Source of the DNA: Octopus sinensis
Taxonomy: Eukaryota
DNA length: 64,000 nucleotides
Direction of reading: 5' to 3'
Assembly (NCBI RefSeq): GCF_006345805.1
Contig: NC_042998.1
Span: forward strand, 100,254,001-100,318,000
In this document: positions 52,007 to 64,000 of the stretch, piece after piece
Position numbering within the stretch: the first letter of the stretch is position 1
Layout of the letters: each line of letters opens with the position of its first letter
Notes under the pieces: model-generated
Told to the model about the DNA's origin: nothing
Database searches by the model: none
The model's input: only the letters and a program-made list of their open reading frames with translations
Program-made: the position numbers and the translations under genes

Positions 52007-54131
52007 CTGCAAAAGAAAAGAAAAAGTCAAAGAAAGGCCAAATGGTCATTGTGTATGAAAAGTTGAATTTTCAATAGGCAATGTAGGTTTGCTGAGAGTT
52101 TAATTAAACCAAATAGCAAATAAATAAAATTAAGTTTTATTGCAAAAAAATCATTTTATTGAAAAAAAAAAAAAAAAGTAACTTGGGGAAGGAATTAATC
52201 TATGCATTGAGTGTTAATGGTTAAATATAAAAAGGAAATGGTGATTGTTAATTCTCTTTTTCAGATTGTGCAAACTATAGATAGGTGGAAATATGTAGCC
52301 AGATGTCAGCTGTATGGAAATAAGATGTCTGTCATGGGACACACATACCTTAACACCATATCAACAATGGCTAAATTATGAAAAGCAAAAATATTTATTA
52401 TTAACAGATAAACAATAAGGGAACATGTCGAGTAACAATAGATAAAAACTGTATTGAGCTTTTACAAACTTAAATAAATTCCCAGCTTGTATGAAAATCG
52501 GGCCTTTTTTTTTTTTGCTTTTGATCTTATAAAATGATTATATGGCTAGATTCTTCACTTTACAGCTCTTATTAAGTTGTGGCAGGCTCAGTTTTTGCGT
52601 GTGTGTGAGAGTGTTTTTATGTCTGTGTTTATCCCCTCCCCACCACTGCTGGTGTGTTTACATTCCTGTAACTTAGCAGTTCAGCAAAAAGACACCAGTG
52701 GGATTGGTACATTCAACTAAAAGTTCTTCAAGGTGGTGCACCAACATGGTCACAGTCAAACAACTGAAAGCAAATTTATCAATGGCCTGACATAATACAT
52801 CACAAGCAAAATGGTCACACCTCTTAACCATTTACAATTAAGAGTCAAATGAATTTAGGTTTAAGTTGAATTGGTGTCTAAGTTAAGAGGTTAACTTCTA
52901 TGTTACATTGAAAATAAAAAGAGAAAATCTGTCCTGACAACTCTGTCTAATATATTTTTAGGTGCAGCAAAATGTTCATGGTTTCCTCTTATCACTAACA
53001 ACTTTAAGGGAAACAGCAGGATCATAGGAAACCAATGATGGAATGTTAATAAATATTAAGTCTAAAAATTCATGAAGTAGAATGAGTTAGTTTGCCATGA
53101 GAAACAGTGTGAGATCTGCCATTACATGAACACATTGTGAACATTTAGTACTTGCATTTTGTTTTTTCGTAAAGTCCATTTAATATATCAACTGTATATA
53201 ATCACAAAAGAGAACAAGTCTAAAAATGATATCAAGTCAAATTTCTTTTAAACTATAAAATAGAAATAAGACAATGGTTATAGCAAAAACTCTTTGGGCT
53301 AGATGTGGCACAGATTGATTTTCCAAATAATGCTTGTTAGTCCTTCTGACTGCCAAATTAATTTTTCTTCTGATCATTTATGATACTATTACAGAGGTTT
53401 TATACCCAGTATAGGCACAGCTGTTGTTGTGTAGTTATATAGGCAGAGGTGGGTGTGACTGTGTGGTAAGAAAGCTTGCTTCTCAACTACATGATTCCAG
53501 GTTCAGTCACACTGAGTGGTACCTTGGGCAAGTGCCTTCTCCTATAGTACTAGGCTGACCAAAGCCTTGTGAGCGAGTCTGGTAGACGGAAACTGAAGAA
53601 GCTCATCATGTGCATGTGTCTATCTACCACCACCACCACTTGACAACTGGTGATAGCTTACTTACATCCCACTAACTTAGCAATTCAGTAAAAAGAGACC
53701 AACAGAATAAGTAGTAAACTTAAAAAAGAATATAAGTACTGCGGTTGATCTGTTTGACTAAACCCTTCAAGGTGGTGTCCCAGCATGGCTGCAATCCAAT
53801 GACTGAAACAAGTAAAAGATAAAAGAATTCTTTGCTGATCTTATTTATGTATGTTTTTTCCACAGAGACCACATGTACCTCAACAATAAAGGTTAGCCAC
53901 ATTGTTTTCTAGTTGACTGGAATGTACAATCTACACAAACAATCCAGTCAACATAACATTGTGCATTTTCTCTACTCAGTAGCAAATAGACATGTATCTA
54001 TATTTAAGCTTAAAGAGAGAAATTGAAGCTAATGTCAACTAAATATTTTGTAGTTTCTTTCTTGGGGGATCTTAATAAATGCAGCAGAAACTTTGTTACA
54101 AAAATATGGTGTATACTTTAGTAAAACATAC

Positions 54132-54216
54132 CTTATATATAGCTTGCTTGGCATTCAAATAAAACAGTTCTATTGCAGGCTTGTCGCGAAGATGTGCTAT
54201 AGATTCCACATAGAAT
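54132..54216 (-). CDS. FRMD4A: FRMD4-like exon: FYVESIAHLRDKPAIELFYLNAKQAIYK
   Basis: ttttattttactAG acceptor and AAG|GTATG donor; 85 nt. In frame with the previous exon (AA|A = K). Matches FYIESISYLKDNATIELFFLNAKSCIYK. Confidence 0.95.
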
Positions 54217-57200
54217 CTAGTAAAATAAAAGAATTACAATAAAATGACTGAAAAACAATGAACTTCAACACAAAATTTCTTCCTTTCTTTTGACTAGAAA
54301 AACAAAGACCTTATATTTCAATAGTGTTTGAAAGTAGCACCAAGGAAAGTATTTGGTTTTAACCAGAAACTAGAATTAGTTTGTAAAACTGACTCCTAAG
54401 TAGTTATCACATTAGTGCACTCTCTACATTATTTATTAATGTTACGGTGAAGAATAGACTATGGGTGACATATAATCACAGAAGTAGCATTTGAAGAAAG
54501 CTTTAGGATCTCAGAAAAAAAATTCTTTTTTTAGGATACTGACATATCAAATGGATATCCTCTCATATTGATTGAATTTTGAGAGAGTTCTATGGCAGCA
54601 CTTATTAAAAGAAATGCTGTCCATGGCAATGACTAAGAAAGAATTTGAAGTCCCAAGACCAAGAATTTATTATTCAGAATTGATAATAGCAATAGTAAGC
54701 ACAGCAAATATATGGTAAAAACAATTTAAATTTACTATTCAACAGCAATAAAGTGTCTCTGACTGATCAAGATAATTAGTATACATTAGCATTATTCAGA
54801 ATTTACAGTTGTAATTATCAATGTTGCCACCATCACAGTCCTTTGTCATCAGCCAACATAGTAACAGAGAAAGAAATGACTAATTTTGCTGCTAGATATG
54901 TAATTTTATTTTTGGCATGCTTTTCTTTTCTTTCATGTCCAGATGCTTTTCCTATCACCAACAATTTTACAATGTGGACTTGATGCATTTTATCATGCCA
55001 CTAGCACTAGAGAAGTTGATAGCAGAACTAAACAGTCCTTCCAACTTTCCCTTCATTTGTTCTTTCATCAACCACCTTACAGCATGAGTAGCTGCATTTT
55101 ATTGTGTTAAAAGTTCTACACACCCTTTACATCTTTATATATATAAAGTAAACATTGTCAGTTGATTAGGGAGCTCACTAAAAGTTATGACATACATTTA
55201 TATTGATTAAATATTATTTTACAAGATAAATGGCAATCATTCTTTACAGACAAAATTTTTTAAAGTGATATCTATATCATTCATCAAGGAATAAAAAGGC
55301 AACCCCTGCAACTACTCATCTGAAACAATTCAAACTGAACATTATATCATCTTCAGCACACTATATTTACAATTTAGTACAGTGGAGAGCTTTAAAAGGT
55401 TGTAAAAAACAACTCTTCTTTCTTCTAATAGAAAGAAAAAAAACTGTTGTAATGCAAATACAGTCCAAATAGCAACATTATATTGCTTCCAACAAATTAT
55501 CCATCTGCCTTAAACTTATATAATCATCCAGTCCTCGTCTTACCTCCTTGTGTTTTGGATCAGTAATGAGCATTTCCTTAATATTTACTTCCCAAAACTG
55601 TAATAGTTTAAATTCTTCCCCAATTATTAACATGTGAGTTCAAGACAAACCATATTAACATTACCAAACTATATTTTACAGATTCAGAAGGCCTGAAAAA
55701 TGTTATGAATACTACTCAGAATTGAATAGGAAAAAAAATCTGCTCTTGAGACTTCATTTTTTTCAAAGCCCTTGTTTTTACTGCAAAGAATATTGAACAA
55801 AACATATTTCTCAAACAGTATGTAAAATGCCATCTGTCTATGTTCTATGAAAAGTCACTAGAATTCATATCTAATTTCAAAAATTTTATTGTAATTTTCA
55901 TTTAAACTGAAAATTTGCACTCAAACTTTATCTCAAGTTTACTTTCCATCTCTTTATAAATTATCATTAAATAGTAACAAGTCCCCACTTCTAGTTACAA
56001 GCCTTTCTCTCTACAAAACTAATTTTCTGAAAGCTCTCTCAGTTATTCAACCTATCAATGCATACTTTTCAGCTGATTCCATATAAGTTACATTAAATGA
56101 CTGCTAATGTTAACTCAATAGTACTACAGTGTATTTTGTAACCAAAGAAGTAACACCGATATAAACTCAAAAACTTTTGAGTGAAGGATGTAAGCACTTA
56201 AATTGAGCCATGTATTTATTTCAGCAACCACAGTGATAGTGTATATGTATAGCCTACTGGTTAGGGTGGCTGACACTTGATCATAAATCATGGGTTCAAT
56301 TTCTGAATCAGGGTGTGAACTGTGTTCCTGAGCAAAACATTTCACATGTTGTCCTAATGTACTCAGCTGTAATGAGTACAAGCTGAGTGCAGTTCTTTCT
56401 CTCCCTTCAGCCATCACATCCTGGATGTTCTGTGGCATTAAAGGTGAGGGGACAAAATGATAGTCTATGTCTACTTGTAAACTACATAGACACCTAAAAC
56501 AATTAGTAAAAGCCAATGATGTGAGTTGTATTTAGAGGAATAAAAGGCAATGATAACAGTGCTGTGATCTGAACTTAGGACATTGAGATTTGAAACTAAA
56601 TGCTGTTATTCATCTAGTCTGGCATCCTAGCTATCTCCAATTTCTACTAAAAATAAACTAAATCTTGAACATCTTTATCATATCATATACATGTTCAAAA
56701 AAAATACAGACATCTCTGGAAACATTGATTTGCTCTCAATGGTACACAATTGTGTAATTGTTTCTTAGGTATTTCAATATATCTAATGTTCTTTGATTAT
56801 AAACACTAGTGTCATAATAATGGAGATGCATTTGAGATGTGTAGATTACTGGTTATAGTCAACTGTTCAAACTTAACAATAATTAAATCATATTTCAGAA
56901 TCAGTCAAAGAACAATTCTTAAAAAAAAAAAAATTCCTGTTACACAGTTGCACATTGGCAACATTGATGATATTGTTTTTAAATTATATAGAAGCTTGTC
57001 TTTCTATTGTTTTCTTTTTTTCTTTCTTTCTAAATATACTTTATAGTTTTCTAAATTCAAGACGCAACCAAACATTGAAATATTCCTAGAATGTCAGCAC
57101 AAGCTAACAACAGAGGAATTTCTGCTGTACTGAAGACTGTAATGGCAACACAGCTGAGTAATCACATGCAAAATTGTGTCCTATTTTTATAATCAATACA

Positions 57201-57844
57201 CATTATACCCAAATGCCAAGATATAAGGATTCGCCTTTTATTACATACAAACCCTTTTCCCAATCTTCCATAAGTATCATCATCAAAAAACAGGTTCCAT
57301 ATATATATACATACATTATGCTTCTCTTAATTTGAAATGACAATCCTGAATTCAATTTTATTCCTAGCCCAGGGCCTGATGACAATAAACCTGTTCTCTA
57401 GATTATAATACTCATGAATAAAAACAAAAAAATAAATATAATCAACCTTCTAATTTCCTTTTTTTTTTTATTGTTATTATTCTTGGTTCTCTCTATTCCT
57501 CTCTCTCACCCTCTCATTTCTGACTCACTGAACATGAGTCCGGCAACAAAAGGATCAATTCTAAAAGGCTTCCCACACAATTTTTCAGGAATATTTTTGA
57601 AACTATCATTTGAAATAGTTGATACATTGACAAGCAGTCTGTCGCTCACTATACAATGAACATGTGAAAGCTATCCAGTAATTGCATTTTTGTTCATACT
57701 ATATTTCTCAATGTTTTATTGCATTTGTATTCACTTTCACAAATTTCCATATTCTTTTTAAAATGAAAGAAAATATATAACTTTCTCTAACAAGATATTT
57801 AGTTTTAAAACCTCAGAGCATAAATATTATCATCATCATTATTC

Positions 57845-58515
57845 TTGGTAGTGAGTTGGCAGAATCATTTGCAAATCAGTCAAAATACCTAAGAGCATTT
57901 CTTCTAGCTCTAAACATTCTGAGTTCAAAACACACCAAGGTCAATTTTGCCTTTCATCCTTTCAGGGCAGATAAAAAAAATTCCAACCAAGAACTGGGGT
58001 TAATGTAATGAACTAGCCTCTCACTTCAAAAACTGCTGGCCTTGTGCCAAAAATTTGAAACAATTATTATCATTATTATTAGGTGGTGAGCTGGCAGAAT
58101 TGTTAGCACAGACTGTCAGTCTCAACAATCTGAGTTCAAATTCAGCTGAGGTCAACATTGTCTTTCACCCTTTCAGGGTTGATAAAATAAGTACCAGCTG
58201 AGCACTGGGGTTGATGTAATCGACTAACCCCACTTTCTAAAATTTCAAGCCTTGTGCCTATAACAGAAAGGATTATCATCATTACTGTTATTATGATTTA
58301 AGGTGGTGAACTGGCAGAATCATTAGCATGCCAAACAAAATGCTTAGTGGCATTTTGTTGTTCTTTATGTCCTGAGTTCAAATTCCAACAAGGTTGACTT
58401 TGCCTTGTATCCTTTCAGAGTTGATAAATCGAGTACCAGTTGAGCACTAGCACTGATGTAGTCGACTAGACCCTCCACCAAAATTGCAGGCCTTGTGCCT
58501 ATAGTAGAAAGGACT
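57845..58515 (+). mobile_element. SINE family B (tRNA head plus Deu/Nin-like gcctttcatcctttcagggttgataaaataagtaccag domain), three head-to-tail copies
   Basis: Repeated ggtggtgagctggcagaat..ttctgagttcaaat..gcctttcatcc..gcactggggttgatgtaatcgact units separated by (TTA/ATC)n. Other copies at about 6520-6620(+), 20547-20760(+), 23385-23565(+), 38165-38365(-), 41590-42030(+, two copies) and 61790-61910(-). The family label is from memory. Confidence 0.8.
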
Positions 58516-59685
58516 ATTATTATTATTATAATTATTATTATCAGTATCATTGTTATGTTTGAGTAGCGTCAGTTGGTGTAAAGATGTAGTTAAAGCAACT
58601 TCCGCAAAAAGTTATGTAAATTGAGAAACAATAGTGGAATTTGAAAGGACAGCACCATCTGGTAATAATCAAAGTTTCATTAGAATTACCCCAAATTCAT
58701 TTTATTGTCCATTTCATGCCATTGCATCTGTAAATTAATAGTAGATTCTGCCATTATATGATACACGTTATTACATAAGGTCATACTAAACAGAATTTTC
58801 TAGAAGCTAGCTAGTCAGCAAAACTACATACATAGTAAATATATGAACAAGAAATCCTCTGTGTGTGCATGTGTGTGTGTCCATCCCTAAGGAAAAAAAA
58901 TATCAGCAGTGAGAATAGCTGATTCAAAAATATGATTAAAAAAAAATTAGTAGAATGATGAAAAAAACAAGAATGTAGATCAATAGTTAAACAAAAAGGA
59001 ACAACAGAGAGAGAGAGAGAGAGAGAGGGGGGACAATAAATATTGGTTCAGAATCAAAATTCTAATGTTTTTTGAGGACTAACAATAAACTGCATTTGGA
59101 AATTTTGTGTATTTGCCACAGACCATAGACAGTAAACATGACAAAACTGTCAATTTGCATTTAAAAATATTTAAAAAAGAAACGTAATGGAAATGGTTAA
59201 GTGCAAGCATAACAAAGATGATGATGCTTACAGTGATATTCCATAATATTTATATATTTACAAATATGTGCTGGTGTATGGCCTAATGGTTAGGACACAG
59301 CACTTGCAATTACAAGATCATGGTTTTGATTCCTGGACCAGGTACTTCACTTTATGTTGCACTGTGATCACTTGAACATCTGATATGTGGCATATTGTGC
59401 ACCTGTACAGACAATATGAATTTGGTGGAGGGAGTGAGCTAATGTACAGCTCAAATATTTGATCACTATATAAGAAATTGCAGAACCCTCATTTGCCATC
59501 TATGACAGTAGAGTCCACAAGAGTTCATTATGTGTATATGCTAGATTTCACATAATATTTCAGTTATTCCTATTATTTTGATTTCCTTCTACATAACTTA
59601 TATAAATGTTAATGCTTATTTAAATTGTAATGTATTATAACACTATTTTTAAAGAACAAGTGTGGAATATAGTAAAACTACTTAC

Positions 59686-59775
59686 TTAATGCCTAGATAC
59701 AAAAGTAAGAGAGAACGTCGAGAAAAATCATGGTCCAATACTTTCTTGTCGAGATGAAGCCAAAAAGTGTTCCCT
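59686..59775 (-). CDS. FRMD4A: FRMD4A/B-like FERM protein, coding exon (F1 lobe): xGNTFWLHLDKKVLDHDFSRRSLLLLYLGI(K)
   Basis: ctttatttacAG acceptor and AA|GTAAGT donor; 90 nt, phase 2-2. Matches the FRMD4A segment TGHLNWLQLDRRVLEHDFPKKSGPVVLYFCVR (recalled, not searched). Confidence 0.92.
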
Positions 59776-62700
59776 CTGTAAATAAAGAAATTATTTCATT
59801 AACACTACTGCATGGTAATACATAAAGAGCATAAAATAAGTTACCAACAATAATTAGATTAAGCAACACACAAAGCTAGAGCCGAAATGAAATCATCTTA
59901 GAATGAACATTGTTTTAATATATTTTAACATATTTTAATATATTAGATATCTGTTGATGAAGAATAAGTGTTACGGCCAATAACTTTAATGCATCAACTT
60001 TTCATGTCTATTAAATAAAATGAGCCATATATAATCCCTCTTCATTTTGAACTATTTAGAAGATAAATTTCCAGCTTCACTTGTTTTAATGCAAGAAGAT
60101 GACTATAGCATTAGACTTAAAATCATATAACAGAAATAAGTAGTTGGTAGAAAGGAAAAGCATACAAAAAATACAAAGTAATTTAGAGTTGGTTAAATTT
60201 ATGAAAGTACAGTTTATCAATTAATTTAGTATTGAATTTTTGAGGTAACTCCAAAAAGAAAATGGCTCAAGTAGGGAATCTCAAACTGACTTGAGCCAGA
60301 TCTCTGCTCTGAGTAACTTTTTCCCGTCTCCCCATTAGTTTCCAAGTCCCTAAAAGATGGTCAGAGGCGATGCCCTCTTTCACTAAGCTGTTTAAAAAAA
60401 AAAAAAAAAAAAAAATATCTAAAAGACAACAAATGTCTATTTTCAGTGGAATTATTAGAAAATCAGGAACATAAGTTAACAGATTTGGGTTTCGGCTCAA
60501 AACCCAAATATGAGGGGGGGGGGAATGAAATTGATGAAATGTCTTAGGTAGTTTGCAGTAAACTAGTACACATTAAACAAGTGTTACAAGTTGATTGGTA
60601 ATGAGATAATAAGAAAACAAAGATGGTGAGATTGTAAGATAAAGAGTTGAAAAGAAAGTAGCTAATGTAAATGTGAACAAAATATTTTAGGTAAGCATTG
60701 GAAAGTACACTAATCTATAACTTGAATCAATGTATCATTTTACTAGAATCACATAGCTGCCCTATTAAGTGTCAGTTTGTAGTTATAGATTTGATGTATC
60801 CACATCAGACTGACACACATCCTATGGTTCTGAGGTTCTACCTAAAGATCTGTGTTCCGAATACTTCTCTATTTGAAACGTGGGTTCCTTAAAACAAACA
60901 TCACTGGGTGGTGGTGTTATTATTTAGGCTTGAGACTGCCCTGATTGAGCAGGCCTATGATCATTTTGCCTTATTGAATATATAGGAGACTAGACTGTGC
61001 AATGTCTTTCCTTTTGTAAGTTGTGTAAGGGTGTTATTTTAGGGAGATTTGGCTGCTAATCCAGCCAGTCAAGTAACTGAGCAGAACATCAATCATAGGC
61101 TTTTTTGGGATACTCTTTTCAAATTAGATATCCTTGTAGTTACACTATTCCTGGCATCATTGTTTATGTTATTACAGGTATGACTTGAGATTCTGTCATG
61201 CTAATGAACATCTCTTTGTGTGGCTATTTGATAACTGATGTCTGAGAATATTGAATTTTTGCTTCACTGATTGCATGTGGATGAATGGTTTGTGAAGGCA
61301 AGGCTTGTTGTCTATACTTAAAAGTCTTCATCTTGGCTAGTTAAGTCATGCATGCCTATGTATTCAGGAAATTTATCAGTTCAACCCCAGGCTTGGCTCA
61401 GGAGCATCATGTGTCATGATGAACAATGGAAAACATAACTATAAGTTATCAAAGAAGACCTTGCATTTGATAACATCTTTTTTTTTTTTTTTTATCTACA
61501 GTGTTCACTCAAAGTAATGCAAACTAAACTTAAATTAAGTAGTTGTTTAGAATACAGGTCCAACTAGAGAAGTCTGTCAAGCCAGCAAAATGAATGTTAA
61601 TGCATATACACATATGGAAAATGTACTAATGAAGACAGAAACTGAGCAGAAATGTTACACTGTAATATAAGAAAAATAACACATAAAAAATGAAGAGGCA
61701 TTATTAAGTCTTTATGCAAAACATCACATCTAAAATGAATTAGATAGATAGGTAAATAAAGAGATAATAATTTCAAATTACTGACGCAAGGATACAAATT
61801 TGGGGATGGGTCAAATTGACTAATATTTGACTGGTGCTTTATTTTGTCTAATCCAAAAGGTTAAAGGACAGAGTCAACCTTGTCAGAGCTTGAACTAAAA
61901 ATAAAATAGGATGTAATTAAATCCTCTTCAAAAAAACAAAACAAAACAAAAAAACAAAGAAACCTACCTAAAACCTATAAAATAATTTTTTGTGTAAGAA
62001 CAGCAATGGAAAATAAAGGAAATGTTTCCAAAGCCACAGAGACACAACTGAATCAGGGATTAACTTCTACTGTTATTTAGCTCCAGTCAATCTTGATAGA
62101 ATTAGCATATGATCAAAGGCATACTGTAACTATGCCACCCATTTTTTTAACATAGCATATCTAGGATTAAATCATCCAATATCTTGCTCAATTTTCAAGA
62201 TGATGGCAGGGTATAATTTGAAGGAGATTTAACTTCAATTTCTAGCATATCTACCAACTACATAAAGATTTCCTCATTAGTTTCATACTGTTAAGGAAAT
62301 GACAGATTACCAAGGATAGGATGCTAGTCTCCATTGCAGTTGATAACTTTGATTAATTGTGTCAAAACTACATGCATTGAGGCAAGTACAATTCTGCATG
62401 ATGTCCAAATGTACAATAGAATGCCTACCAAAGATTTGACCTCAATACCTATCACTCAGATGCAAATCCTTAAATCTTCTCAGCCAAAAAGGTAAATAGG
62501 CTAATGAAAAGTTTATTCACAACTATCTCTAATTTGTTTTGGCCCATAAGTTAAGGCCATGCTGGAGTGCTACCATTGAAACTTTTAGTAACATTCCTCA
62601 GTGTAGGCACTGAACAAGATTGAACCCAGTCCAGGATGTCTCATACTGTTGCCTGAATATGTCTTTACCCATGAGACAACTATGTCAACTACTTTATTAA

Positions 62701-64000
62701 TTCACAGGTATATTAGTAATTTAAGAAAAGTCAATTTGATAAAATATTTTTAAAAAAACATTTTTAAAGCAGACTTGAAAACCCTTGAAGAACAGTATCA
62801 TGATGAATAATAGGTGAGTATAGGAGCTAGATTTCTTAATATAATTGATACAATTACAAAAGCATATTTTAATGAAAAAAAAATCATATTTTGAAAATTA
62901 CAAAACTTAAATTTACTCCATTAAAAAGTAAATAAATACTACACAGGTGTTCACTAAAATGCTCTTTTGATATAATATAAATTAACAGACAACACATCTT
63001 TGAATCAGCAAATGAGTGTTTATAAAAAAAAAAAAAACATTCAATATTGAAATCTGATAAAGGTGAGTCAGTCACCCAGAGAACTGATCTCTAATTTCTG
63101 TCAAGGGGAATTTTCAAGTAAAAGGCCGACCTTAAAAAGATAGTTAAAGAGCTCAGTCAATGAAGATGTAATTTTAACCAATGCTTTTCAAATGTTATTG
63201 CTCATTAGCTTGCTAAAGCATGTTCCTCCCACTGTACAAATGACATCATTATAATGCTCTTCTCACATTAAAACAGAATGTAGTGATAGCAAATATGAAA
63301 ATGCAGGTTTGCAAAATGCTTGAAATCTAACTTGAGATAATTGAAAATTATGTACAAATTATTAAGATAAAAATGATGAAAATAATGTTTTAGTGCAAAT
63401 ATAAAATGAATATTGATTTCTTAAAGATGCTCAAAACATAAGGAATAAACTTAAAGTGTGTGACATTCATGCCTTTGAGAAAGGTATTAAGTGCAGTGCT
63501 TTTACAAGTCACGAACTGGCTTCCACTTCAAATCAAAGGGGTGTTGCTGACTCAACAGGTAAGGAGTTTAGCTATCTGGACTTGAAAATAATGATTTTTA
63601 ACCAAGGCATAAAGCCATACATTATAAGGGAGAGTATAATTAATCAAATTCACCTTGGTACCTCTATTATTAATCACAATTGAATCAAAGGCCAAGTCAA
63701 ACTCCACATTTTTTAACTAAAATGATGAACTAGATACCACAAAGCATTTAATTCATTGCTCTCCTAATTCTACCCTTTTTTCTACTGATCAGTCAACATC
63801 AACCAATATACTTTAGTTTGGCTAAATTCTTTAAAGAAGAAAAACAGTAAAAAGATGTCACCATTAAGTCTGTTCTTTTCTCAATAACTGATGTATTTTC
63901 TATTAGCTTCCACCAAATTTAGATTAATTTTCTCCATCTACATTGGCATAAGTTGGTCTATTTTTAAACATCTTGCATGCATTACAGAAACAATAATCAT

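Noticed and set aside
63456-63683. Plus-strand ORF with an internal GTAAGG donor
   Set aside because: No acceptor partner, homology or other plus-strand exons.
1-64000. Prokaryotic features (CRISPR arrays, operons, rRNA, true tRNA genes)
   Set aside because: None seen. The tRNA-like A/B boxes belong to SINE heads, and the tandem units lack unique spacers.

Overview
AT-rich, microsatellite- and SINE-laden animal genomic DNA. The repeat families and (TA)n/(CA)n density point to an octopus (coleoid cephalopod); this is inference. The window lies inside one minus-strand gene, an FRMD4A/B-type FERM-domain gene. Eight GT-AG exons at 59775-37566 splice in frame into most of the FERM domain. A ninth 105-nt exon at 8939-8835, about 28.6 kb further on, adds a 35-aa acidic segment that I do not recall in human FRMD4A/B. 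The gene's start and end lie outside the window. The introns hold a decayed mariner transposon, a non-autonomous Helitron, hAT- and piggyBac-type MITEs, RTE, RLE-type LINE and Penelope relics, and four SINE-like families. The most unusual signal is a set of long palindromic (foldback) elements whose arms carry type I hammerhead ribozyme motifs, some apparently intact and one showing a compensatory stem II change. Almost all ORFs in the supplied track are artefacts of repeats or AT-rich sequence.
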